A stretch of 64,000 nt of DNA from an uncultured Chloroflexia bacterium. Lineage in GTDB: Bacteria; Chloroflexota; Limnocylindria; Limnocylindrales; CSP1-4. Position 1 is the stretch's first letter. Each line of letters begins with the position of its first letter. The notes under the pieces were generated by a model. The model saw nothing but the letters and a program-made list of their open reading frames with translations, was not told the DNA's origin and did not search any database. A program made the translations under genes and the position numbers. The stretch is from the NCBI GenBank assembly GCA_963712745.1, contig CAVQJC010000020.1, forward strand, positions 32,001 to 96,000, read 5' to 3'. Positions 28,282 through 37,018 of the stretch are shown here, piece by piece.

Positions 28282-29529
28282 TCACTTGGCCAGCGCCAAA
28301 CCGAGCTCGGAGGCCATGAGCATGGCCGCAGCGCCGAGCTCGACAGCTTCGTCCCCGGTCCGGCCCAAGTGGATGGTGCTGCGCTCAGCAAGGAGCGGCA
28401 GCGAAGAGCGGTAAGCCTCAGCCCGCACGCTCTCGAGCCAGGCCTCGCCGTAGTCGGTCATGGGTCCGATGAGCACGATGTCGCGGGCGCCGAGCGTGCC
28501 GATCATCGTCGCCAGCACCCGCCCCAGCGGCGGGCCGGCCTCGAGCACGATCTGGTTGGCCAGCGGATCGCCGGAAGCGAATGCCAGCTGCATCGACTCG
28601 TGCGTGATGGGCTGCTCCGAAAGCGTCGAATCCGTGCGCGACGGGGCGAGATGCCGAGCACGGTCCAGCACCGCTCTTGCGCTTGCCACGGTCTCCAGGC
28701 AGCCACTACTGCCACAACGACAGTGCACCCCGTCATCGGTTACGCGCGTATGGCCGATCTCGCCCGCTCCCGAGTCATCCCCGGTGTAGACGCGCCCACC
28801 AAGAATGATCCCCGCTCCGATGCCCTCCCCGACCTTGACCACCACCATGGCTGAGGACGTGTCGTGACGGCCGAAGGCCCACTCCGCCATGGCGGCGGCC
28901 TGAGAATCGTTCACGACCACGGTGGGCAACCCTGTCAGCGAGGTCAGCCGCTCACCGACCGGCACATCGCGCCACTCGAGCCCGACGGCCCAGCGAACGG
29001 TGCCGGACGCCGTGTCGATGAGACCTGGCGTGCCCACCCCAACGCCTAGCAGCGGGCGCTCTGCTGTCCCCACAAGACCCGTCACCAGTGACTCCAGGTC
29101 AAGCATCGCCTCGACTCCATCGCGGCCCTGCAACTCGCGAGAGTGACGCACCAGCACGTCGCCATGGAGGTTGACCAGGGCCCCTCGCAGACGATGACGA
29201 TCGACATCGATGCCGAGCAAGTGCCGGGCATCTGCGGGGACGCGCAGCAGGATGGGGGCCTTGCCGCCAGTCGAGGGACCGGTGCCGACCTCGATCACAA
29301 GGTCGTCGGCAAGGAGGCGCTCGACCATATCGGAGACGGTCGTGCGAGTCAGTCCGGTGGCTCGCGCGACATCAGCGCGGCTGAGCGGCCCGCCTTCGTA
29401 GACAGTGCGCAGCACGAGCTGCTCGTTGGATCGCCGGGTCTGCCGATGGGTCGCCTTCGCAGGTGGTGCGGTGGGCACGATCTCACTTTGTAAGAGGACT
29501 GGACGAAGTGAGCATACGCTCTTTGTCAA
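28282..29529 (-). CDS. ROK-family transcriptional repressor (NagC/XylR-like)
   Basis: wHTH LSRADVARATGLTRTTVS; GIGAG..GAGEIGH..CRCG..GCLE; true start probably GTG near 29478. Confidence 0.9.
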   Translation of the reverse strand: MTKSVCSLRPVLLQSEIVPTAPPAKATHRQTRRSNEQLVLRTVYEGGPLSRADVARATGLTRTTVSDMVERLLADDLVIEVGTGPSTGGKAPILLRVPADARHLLGIDVDRHRLRGALVNLHGDVLVRHSRELQGRDGVEAMLDLESLVTGLVGTAERPLLGVGVGTPGLIDTASGTVRWAVGLEWRDVPVGERLTSLTGLPTVVVNDSQAAAMAEWAFGRHDTSSAMVVVKVGEGIGAGIILGGRVYTGDDSGAGEIGHTRVTDDGVHCRCGSSGCLETVASARAVLDRARHLAPSRTDSTLSEQPITHESMQLAFASGDPLANQIVLEAGPPLGRVLATMIGTLGARDIVLIGPMTDYGEAWLESVRAEAYRSSLPLLAERSTIHLGRTGDEAVELGAAAMLMASELGLALAK

Positions 29530-29543
29530 TACCCTTTACAAAG
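29486..29543. promoter_or_regulatory. Two putative ROK autoregulatory operators
   Basis: CTTTGT-N11-ACGAAG (29486-29508) and CTTTGT-N11-ACAAAG (29521-29543). Confidence 0.6.
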
Positions 29544-29619
29544 TTTCCCCGAGGCTCTGCGTGCGCACCCGCCAGGTCTCCCACGCCGCGCGTGGGCAAC
29601 TACGAAGCGTCGGGCGTAG

Positions 29620-31593
29620 CTAGGCTGGCACCTGCGGCTCAGGGCCGATGATCATCTTCTCCGGCAGGGTCGCTCCACCCGCTCGACGGGCACCTCGAGC
29701 GGCACCGGAACGCGACCGCTTGTGGCCGTACATGGCCGCATCCGCCGACCGTAGCAGCGCCTTGCCGCTGCGGCCATCACGCGGGTGCAGGGCCAGGCCG
29801 ACCGAGCACGAGATGTGGACCTCGCTGCCATCGGCCATGGGATGACCGAGCTCGACCACGGCGGTCGCTGCGCGCTGCGCGACATGGGCAGCCTCGTCAC
29901 CGTCGGTATCGGGCATCAGCACCACGAACTCGTCGCCGCCGTAGCGAGCCACGACGTCGCTCGTCCGAACGGCTGCGCGCAGGGCCCCGGCGATAGCCCG
30001 CAAGACGCGGTCGCCTGCCTGGTGCCCGTGCTGATCATTGATGCGCTTGAAGTCGTCGAGGTCGACCATGAGCACGCTCATGGGGGAATGGGAACGCGTG
30101 GCGCGGGCCGTCTCCTGGCGGATCCGGTCCTGCAGGTGACGGTGGCTGTACACGCCCGTGACCAGGTCCGTTTCGGCCGCATCGCGCAGCTGCCGGACGA
30201 GGCGGGCGTTCTCGAGCGCCGCTGCGACCTGGTTGGCCATCGTGCGCAGCAGCGAGGTCTCGCCGTCACGGAAGTTGCGCCCGCCACTCGCGGCGATGAA
30301 CTCCACGAGTCCCGTGACGCGGCCGCCCGTGGACAGCGGCAGCAGCAGCACGGCCGCACCGCCGAGCTGATGGAGACGCGAGAGTTCGGCGGGCTCGAGC
30401 TCGTCGACACCCGAATGGAGCCAGACCGGCTCGTCATTGAGCAGCACGTGTCGCAGCGTGCGGTGGGCAGCGAGGTCCCGCTCGGGGCCGATGAGGGGTC
30501 GCCCGTCGGCGCCGATAGGCAGGAGCTTGCCGCTCTCCTCGTCCCAGCGCGAGATGAGGCAGGCATCCATGCGGGCTGCCTTGCGCAGCTTGGCGGCCAG
30601 GACGGTGGCCAGGTCGCGCTCGTCGCTGGCGCCCCCACCTGCCTGGCTGATGTCGAGCAGTGCGGCGAGCTCGCTGACGTGCGTGTCGCGCTCCGCGAGA
30701 AGGCGCGCGTTCTCGATAGCGACCGCGGCCTGGTCGGCGAGCACGCCGAGAAGCCGCAACTCGTCCTCGGAGAAGCGCTTGAGGCCGAGCCGGGAGAGCA
30801 CGACCACGCCGATGACCCGGCTTTCCGAGCGGAGGGGGGCAAGCAACATCGACTCTTCCGTCAGCTGCGCCGAGCCGGGGACCTGGACGGCCCGCGGGTC
30901 CTGGGCTGCGTCATCGATGATCAGTTGTTGGCCTGTGGCAGCGACCCAGCCCGTGATGCCCTCCCCCATGGTCACCCGCAGGCCTGCCGGTGACTCGCCG
31001 AGGTACTCGCGTGCGTGGGGCCGGAAGGCCACCGGATCGAGGGTGCGCCCGTCGTCGCGCAGGACGTAGACGCGGGCGTTGTCGAAGGCCACGACACGCT
31101 GGGTCTGCGAGCAGAGCGCCGCGCTGACCTCTTCGACGCTGGTCAGGCGGGTCAGCTGTGCGGCCACCGACTGCACGGCCTCGAGTTGGGCCGACCAGGC
31201 GATCGGACGCGGCCCCAGGCGGGTGGCGACGCGGCCGACCAGCTGGCGAGCCTGCACCCGAGCCAGGGCCAGGTCCTCGTCGGTGAAGGGCTCATCGCGA
31301 CGGCGTTCCAATACCAGCAGGCCGCCACGCTCCTCGGGCAGCGCCAGGCGCGCAACCGCACCCGGAGACTTCGCATCGCCCCGTGCCGTCGGCAGCCAGC
31401 GTCGCAGCAGCCCTCCTTCTTCCGCCTGGCTCGCGCTGTCGGCCTGTCCCTCCGAGAGGGCCTCGCCGTCGCGCACCGAGGCCACCAGGTCGAGTACGCC
31501 GTCGCCGCGATCGAGATAGAGACTGGCCCCCCGGTCAGCCTCGACCGCGATGGCCAGGTGCTTGAGCGCGGTGGCGACTTCCCGGCTGAGCAT
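29620..31593 (-). CDS. Multi-GAF diguanylate cyclase
   Basis: GAF ends LADQAAVAIENARL and MANQVAAALENARL; TDLVTG, DLDDFKRINDQHGHQAGD, RTSD I-site and RYGGDEF; no TM segment seen. Confidence 0.92.
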   Translation of the reverse strand: MLSREVATALKHLAIAVEADRGASLYLDRGDGVLDLVASVRDGEALSEGQADSASQAEEGGLLRRWLPTARGDAKSPGAVARLALPEERGGLLVLERRRDEPFTDEDLALARVQARQLVGRVATRLGPRPIAWSAQLEAVQSVAAQLTRLTSVEEVSAALCSQTQRVVAFDNARVYVLRDDGRTLDPVAFRPHAREYLGESPAGLRVTMGEGITGWVAATGQQLIIDDAAQDPRAVQVPGSAQLTEESMLLAPLRSESRVIGVVVLSRLGLKRFSEDELRLLGVLADQAAVAIENARLLAERDTHVSELAALLDISQAGGGASDERDLATVLAAKLRKAARMDACLISRWDEESGKLLPIGADGRPLIGPERDLAAHRTLRHVLLNDEPVWLHSGVDELEPAELSRLHQLGGAAVLLLPLSTGGRVTGLVEFIAASGGRNFRDGETSLLRTMANQVAAALENARLVRQLRDAAETDLVTGVYSHRHLQDRIRQETARATRSHSPMSVLMVDLDDFKRINDQHGHQAGDRVLRAIAGALRAAVRTSDVVARYGGDEFVVLMPDTDGDEAAHVAQRAATAVVELGHPMADGSEVHISCSVGLALHPRDGRSGKALLRSADAAMYGHKRSRSGAARGARRAGGATLPEKMIIGPEPQVPA

Positions 31594-31598
31594 GACCG

Positions 31599-32183
31599 TC
31601 AGTGCCCGAACGGCTGGGGCGACGTGGCCGCCACGGCCGTGGCGGCGACGTCGGGCCGACGCATGGCGCTAACCAGGAAGACGATGGCACCGAGGGCGAT
31701 GAGCGCGTCGCCTACCGAGAAGGCGGTCGCCATGGGCAGCGGCGGAGGAAAGACGAAGATGTCACCGAGGAAGGGGAAGAGCGTGGCCGGCCCGATGAGG
31801 GCCACGTTGGTGTAGTGGTCGACCGGCAGGGCCGCACTCCCGGTGAGTTGGATCCAGGCTTCGGGGGACGAGGGCATGTAGCCACCGTTGGCCAGCACGG
31901 CCACGAGGTTCAGTCCGGCGCCGAGGCCAAGGATGCCCATGCCCGGCAGGCGCAGATTGCGCAGGAGCGCGGCCAGCACCATCAGCGTCGAGGGCACGTA
32001 CAGGAGGGGTCCGCCAGCCCCGACCAGCTCCGCGACCGGACGAGCGAAGAGCAGGAGTTGTATGAGTAGCCCCGCGACCGCCAGTTGCCACCACACGAGA
32101 TGGACGCGCTCGAGGTTGCGGACCCGTCCACCCATCAGCCGACCGAGCAGCAGGCCGGCGGCGATGGCATAGAGCAGCAGCAT
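31599..32183 (-). CDS. DUF5317-family membrane protein (candidate aspartyl intramembrane peptidase)
   Basis: GGRVRNL..W; G..LN...VLANGGYMP; LGDIF..FSVGD..IALG; about 5 TMs; GGAGG upstream of ATG 32183. Confidence 0.85.
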   Translation of the reverse strand: MLLLYAIAAGLLLGRLMGGRVRNLERVHLVWWQLAVAGLLIQLLLFARPVAELVGAGGPLLYVPSTLMVLAALLRNLRLPGMGILGLGAGLNLVAVLANGGYMPSSPEAWIQLTGSAALPVDHYTNVALIGPATLFPFLGDIFVFPPPLPMATAFSVGDALIALGAIVFLVSAMRRPDVAATAVAATSPQPFGH

Positions 32184-32322
32184 CGAGTCGCGGGGCCTCC
32201 CTATGCAAGACGCCGGCGCTGACGGCGCCGGCGAGGATGTCACTCGGTATCGCGCATGTGGGGTGGGATGGGACCGGCGAACGGCGCGAGGGTGGGCGTC
32301 GCCGGCCCCGTGAGTTTGTCGT

Positions 32323-32409
32323 CTACCACCAGCGGATGGGCGCCGCCAGCACGAGCACGAACGCAGCGACCGCAGCGAGGCGGAGTGCGAGATCCTTGTA
32401 ACGGCTCAT
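32323..32409 (-). CDS. 28-aa signal-peptide-like precursor MSRYKDLALRLAAVAAFVLVLAAPIRWW
   Basis: GGGAG RBS 9 nt before ATG 32409; basic n-region, hydrophobic h-region, short WW-terminated tail; first gene of the DUF5317-GGDEF unit. Confidence 0.75.
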   Translation of the reverse strand: MSRYKDLALRLAAVAAFVLVLAAPIRWW

Positions 32410-32659
32410 CCTGTGTATCTCCCAGTGAGTCGGGCCTGGGCCCTGGGTCCGCGAGTGCTCGGGTCTCGGTCGAGGGAGGTGGCTCCCTGACGCCTCAGAT
32501 ACTCGCGGCCACGGGTAACACCCTCCATGGCGAAGTCGTACTAGGACCGGGTTTGACGGCGCGCACCAGTCCCGACCGCCCAGCACCGGCAACGACCTCA
32601 CCCCACGGGAGCGCAAGTGCCGCCGGGAGACCGGCGCCGGCAGCCCGTATGCTCCAGTC

Positions 32660-33238
32660 ATGACCGACGACCACCTCAGAGAGACCAGCGTGGAGCGGCG
32701 CCTGCTTCACCGGGGCCGATTCATCAACTTCCGCATCGACACCATCGAGGACCCACAGGGCAAGCGCCACACGCGCGAGGTCGTGGAGCACCCCGGCGCC
32801 ATCTGCGTCATCCCCATCCACGGCGAGGAGGTGCTGATGGTGCGGCAATGGCGCACGCCCGTGGCCAAGGTCGTGCTCGAGCTGCCGGCAGGGACGCTCG
32901 ATCGCATGCCCGACGGGTCCGTGGAGGACCCCGACGATGCGGCTCCGCGCGAGCTCGCGGAGGAGACCGGCTTCCGAGCCGGCTCCTGGCGCAAGCTCGG
33001 GCGTTTCTGGACTGCACCGGGTTTCACCGAGGAGCAGATGCACCTGTACCTTGCCACCGACCTCTGGCCGCTCGAGGACTACCGCGGTCCCGATGTCGAC
33101 GAGTACCTCGACCTCGTGCGGCTGCCCTGGCAGGAGGCGGTAGCGATGGCGGCGCGCGGCGAGGTCGAGGACGCCAAGACGCTGGTCGGCCTGCTCTGGC
33201 TGGGCCGGCTGGCCGACGCGGGCGAGCTACCCGGGTAG
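32660..33238 (+). CDS. nudF: NUDIX hydrolase, ADP-ribose pyrophosphatase type
   Basis: REVVEHPGA, ELPAG..RELAEETG Nudix box, APGF..E, EDAKT. Confidence 0.85.
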   Translation: MTDDHLRETSVERRLLHRGRFINFRIDTIEDPQGKRHTREVVEHPGAICVIPIHGEEVLMVRQWRTPVAKVVLELPAGTLDRMPDGSVEDPDDAAPRELAEETGFRAGSWRKLGRFWTAPGFTEEQMHLYLATDLWPLEDYRGPDVDEYLDLVRLPWQEAVAMAARGEVEDAKTLVGLLWLGRLADAGELPG

Positions 33239-34345
33239 CCACTCCCTGAGATCGATGGGCGAGAGACGCGGGCTGGACGTGACGCCCGGGATACGACCGC
33301 GTTTGGCGATCGGCCGTCCGTCGATCTCCTTGAGGTCCCCGGTGAAGTCGATGGGCGAGGCCCCGCTGATGTAGCTGCCGACGGCGAAGAAGTCGACCGG
33401 GGCACCGGCATCCTTGAAGTACCGGATGCGGTCGGGCGTGAGGCCGCCCGAGACGATGACCTTGACCTGTTCGAAGCCGTCGAGGTCGAGCCGGGCCCGA
33501 ACCTCCATGACCAGGTCGGCCGTCACCCGCCCCCGCTCCGAGGGCGTGTCGAGGCGGACGCCGTAGAGCCGCTCACCCAGCGCGTGCGCCACGCGCAGCG
33601 ATTCTTCGGCCTCGTCCTTGAAGGTATCGACGAGGACGATGCGCGGCACGTCCGGCGCCACATGGCGGTCGAAGGCCTCCGCGGCATGGACCGTGTCGCC
33701 GATGACGAGCACGAGCGAGTGCGGCATCGTGCCCGTGGGGGCCAGCCCGGCCAGGCGCGCACCGGCCGGCGTGGAGGCACCCACACAGCCACCCACGATG
33801 GCTGCGTAGTCAAGCGCGTCGGTGATGTGGGGGTGGACGTGACGTGCGCCGAAGCTGATGACCGGCTGGGGCGCGGCTGCGGCCACGCATTCGCGGGCCG
33901 CGTTGGCCCAGCCCGTGGACTGGGCGAGCATGCCCAGGATGGCCGTCTCGTACAGCCCGAACGCACGGTAGCGCGCACGGATGCGCATGACGATCTCCTT
34001 GGCCGAGAACTCGTCCCCATCCGAAAGCGACTCGACCACGTATTCCTCGTCACTCTCGGCGAACACGGAGGCCAGCAGGACCTTGGCCTCGTCGATGCCG
34101 CAGAGGATCCCCTCCGAACGCGAGAAGACCTCCATGACCACGACCGGGTCCAGGCCCTCGCCCTCGAGGATCTCCTCGGCACGCCGGAAGTAGACGTCAG
34201 CCGACTCCCCGCTCAGCACGTCGTGGGAGGGCCGGCGGCGTTCTCGTGTCACTCGGTCCATCAGGTGCGCAAGTGTAGCGACTGGGGCTATCGCTGGCTC
34301 CGGGTTCCACCGTGCATCGACTGGCATCCCGCGCTCTTGAGCCAC
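33227..34345 (-). CDS. pncB: Nicotinate phosphoribosyltransferase (short type)
   Basis: ADVYF, SFGARH, GTMPHS, LVDTF, GVRLDTP, VSGG, AKRG; start uncertain. Confidence 0.85.
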   Translation of the reverse strand: MAQERGMPVDARWNPEPAIAPVATLAHLMDRVTRERRRPSHDVLSGESADVYFRRAEEILEGEGLDPVVVMEVFSRSEGILCGIDEAKVLLASVFAESDEEYVVESLSDGDEFSAKEIVMRIRARYRAFGLYETAILGMLAQSTGWANAARECVAAAAPQPVISFGARHVHPHITDALDYAAIVGGCVGASTPAGARLAGLAPTGTMPHSLVLVIGDTVHAAEAFDRHVAPDVPRIVLVDTFKDEAEESLRVAHALGERLYGVRLDTPSERGRVTADLVMEVRARLDLDGFEQVKVIVSGGLTPDRIRYFKDAGAPVDFFAVGSYISGASPIDFTGDLKEIDGRPIAKRGRIPGVTSSPRLSPIDLREWLPG

Positions 34346-34498
34346 TGCTGTGCGAGCGCGTATCGCTTCGGTGGCACACGCGCGGGCTCCCCATCATAGG
34401 ATGGAGCCGCACGCCCAGATGGCATGCCCCACCGGCCGCTCGTCCCCCGAGCCCCGGGACGGTGCCACGCGTAGCCGCGGACAGAGGCAGATGTCACC

Positions 34499-35338
34499 AT
34501 GATCGAGCTCGGCGTCTTCGCCAGGGCCTTCCCGTCGGGACCCGCGGCTCAGGTCGCGGGGATGATCAGGGCCGCAGGCTTCACGGCGACCCAGCTCAAC
34601 CTCTCCGCCATCAGGCGGCCAACACTCGATCCGAGCCTCACCGTTCCCGAAGCCGCCACGATCGCCAAGGCGTTCGAGGAGGCTGGCGTTCGGATCTGGG
34701 GCTTGTCCGGCACGTTCAACGCCATCCACCCTGACGAGGCTACGCGCAAGGCAGGCGCCCGTGCCTGCCGCAGCAATATCGCCAGAGCCGCGGTCATGGG
34801 AGCGGAGGTCGTGACTCTTTGCAGCGGTACCCGCGATCGGGAAAGCAAGTGGCGTGCACATCCCGACAACCGCTCGCCCGCGGCATGGCGGGACTTGCGC
34901 ATCACCCTCGATTCGCTGATACCGGCAGCGAGCGAGTCAGGTGTACGACTCGGCATCGAGCCCGAGCCCGGCAACGTCATCCACGATGCCAAGTCTGCGA
35001 TGCGGCTGTTCGCCGAGCTGGGCGATGACGCCCGCTATCTGGCAGTCGTCCTCGACCCTGCGAACCTTCTGACCGTGCGCACGCTGCCGCACCAGCGGGA
35101 GATCCTGACCGAAGCTTTCGACGGGCTCGGGGAACAGACCGCGGCAATGCATGCCAAGGACGTCGTCGCGGCGGGATATGCAGCACCTGGCATGGGCGGG
35201 ATGGACTACGAGCTCGTGATGCGACTTCACGCCTCACTGCCCCGGCCCGTCCCCGTCATCGCGCAGGATCTCACCGCCGACGATGCTGCGCGCGTGGCCT
35301 CCTTTCTGTCCGAGCGCGCAGCTAGCGCCGCGCCGTGA
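34499..35338 (+). CDS. Sugar-phosphate isomerase/epimerase (xylose-isomerase-like TIM barrel)
   Basis: SGTFN, LCSGTRD, GIEPEPGNV, LDPAN, HAKD. Confidence 0.85.
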   Translation: MIELGVFARAFPSGPAAQVAGMIRAAGFTATQLNLSAIRRPTLDPSLTVPEAATIAKAFEEAGVRIWGLSGTFNAIHPDEATRKAGARACRSNIARAAVMGAEVVTLCSGTRDRESKWRAHPDNRSPAAWRDLRITLDSLIPAASESGVRLGIEPEPGNVIHDAKSAMRLFAELGDDARYLAVVLDPANLLTVRTLPHQREILTEAFDGLGEQTAAMHAKDVVAAGYAAPGMGGMDYELVMRLHASLPRPVPVIAQDLTADDAARVASFLSERAASAAP

Positions 35339-35459
35339 TCGCATCCCGCCCCAGGGGCGCCGGCGAGTATCTGCCGACGACGACAGAGCCGGTACGGCCA
35401 GGTCGACCGGATCTCGAGCTGCATCGGGAGCCACGCGCTTGATCGCCAAGAAGGCACGC

Positions 35460-36196
35460 GTGCTCGTCATCGGCCGCCAAGCCCGGCAACGGCCGCCCGG
35501 GCTTCCCGAGACGGCCACGGGTGCCAGCTACGTGATGGCCGACGACATCGGGGCCGCTAGGGCCAACCTCGAAGACTGCGACGTCGTGTTCCACTACGGG
35601 CCTCCACTGGAATCGCTCGAGTCGACTTGGCACGCCGCCAGGCGATTGCGTTGGCTGCACATCGGTGCCGTGGGGGTCGAACGGGCGCTCTTTCCTGAAC
35701 TCATCAGGAGCGACGTGACAGTCACCAACAGCCGCGGCGTCTTCGACGCTCCGCTCTCCGAGTACGTACTGGCGCTGATGCTCGCGCTGGTCAAGGACGT
35801 GCCGGGGACTGTTCGGGCTCAGGCCGCACGCCGATGGCACCCTCGCGTCCTCGGGTCGTTGTCTGGCGGACGGGTAGTCATCCTGGGTGCTGGCACGGTG
35901 GCACGGGCAGCGGGATGGCTGCTCCGATCGATCGGCCTCGAGGTCACGCTCGTGGCGCGCTCCGGCCGTGAAGGCGAGCCCGGCGAAGGCTGGATCCATG
36001 CCGCCAGCGACCTGCATCGCCTGCTTCCGGCTGCCGATTGGCTCGTCATCGCCGCGCCCCTCACGGCTGAGACCAGAGGTCTCATCGGTGCCCGTGAGCT
36101 CGAGGCACTGCCTCGCGGAGCACGCCTCGTCAACGTCGGTCGCGGCCCGATCGTCGTCGAGGAGGCCCTCATCAGGGCCGTAGATTCGGGACGAGA
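35460..36196 (+). pseudogene. D-2-hydroxyacid dehydrogenase, C-terminally truncated
   Basis: LRWLH..AVGVE, VTNSRGVF, ILGAG.VA, APLTAETRGLI, VNVGRG..EEAL; homology stops at DSGR with no ALDV/EPL/TPH; start uncertain. Confidence 0.7.
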
Positions 36197-37006
36197 TCAG
36201 GCGATGAGCAGGATGTGGTTCGGGTCGATCAGCTCCCGGATGAGGCGGACCTGGTCTGTCGTCGGCGCCTCGGTGGTCGGGCAGTCTTCGGGTATCAGGG
36301 GGCGGAAGCTCATGGCGTCGAGCACCTGCTCCAGTTCGACGCCGGGATGGACCGAGAGAAGCTGCATCTCCTTCGTCTCGGCGTCGAACCCGAACACGGC
36401 CTTGTCGGTGATGACGCGCCAGGGCCCGCCCGGATCCATCCCCAGCTGCTCGCGAGAATCCCCGCCATCGAGGTGCCCCACACTGGTGATGAAGTCGACG
36501 CGCTCCACGAAGGTCCGCTTGCGCAGGTCGGTGATCACGATGGGTCGCTTGACGTAGGCGAAGTGGTCGGTCTGGGCGAGGCATCCCACGAGCCGGACCT
36601 TGGGCTTCCGATAGTCGCCGATGGCGGTGATGTTCAGGTTGCCGAAGCGGTCGATCTGGGGAGCCGAGTCGAACGACACGTCGAACTGACGGCGCGCAAG
36701 CATGTCGCACTTGTCGCCCGTGTGGGCCATCTGGCTCGCACAGGGCCAGGTGGTCACATGGTGCTGCGTCAGTTCTGGAGGGATCCGCGTCAGGTCCGGG
36801 CTGAGGAGGTTGCCCCAGTAGATGGTGATGTCCGGGGCATGTGTCAGCTGCGCCAGCCTGGCTGAGGCGATCGGGATCCCGACCGCCAGCGTGAACGCCC
36901 GTCCAGCAGTGCCGACTCCGACGAACGCGAGGTCGCCATCACGCAGCTCCCGGGAGGCAGCGACGACCAACAACTCGTTGAGGGTGTAATCGTCCGCGTA
37001 GGCCAT
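36197..37006 (-). CDS. Family I CoA-transferase beta subunit (GctB/IpdB-like)
   Basis: ELRDGD..FVGVG, QIDRFGNLN, RTFVERVDFITS, VITDKAVFGFD, SVHPGV. Confidence 0.85.
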   Translation of the reverse strand: MAYADDYTLNELLVVAASRELRDGDLAFVGVGTAGRAFTLAVGIPIASARLAQLTHAPDITIYWGNLLSPDLTRIPPELTQHHVTTWPCASQMAHTGDKCDMLARRQFDVSFDSAPQIDRFGNLNITAIGDYRKPKVRLVGCLAQTDHFAYVKRPIVITDLRKRTFVERVDFITSVGHLDGGDSREQLGMDPGGPWRVITDKAVFGFDAETKEMQLLSVHPGVELEQVLDAMSFRPLIPEDCPTTEAPTTDQVRLIRELIDPNHILLIA

Positions 37007-37018
37007 CGGATTCGACTC

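Noticed and set aside
35283-36557. 424-aa dehydrogenase with a novel C-terminal domain
   Set aside because: The tail is antisense read-through over the CoA-transferase beta gene
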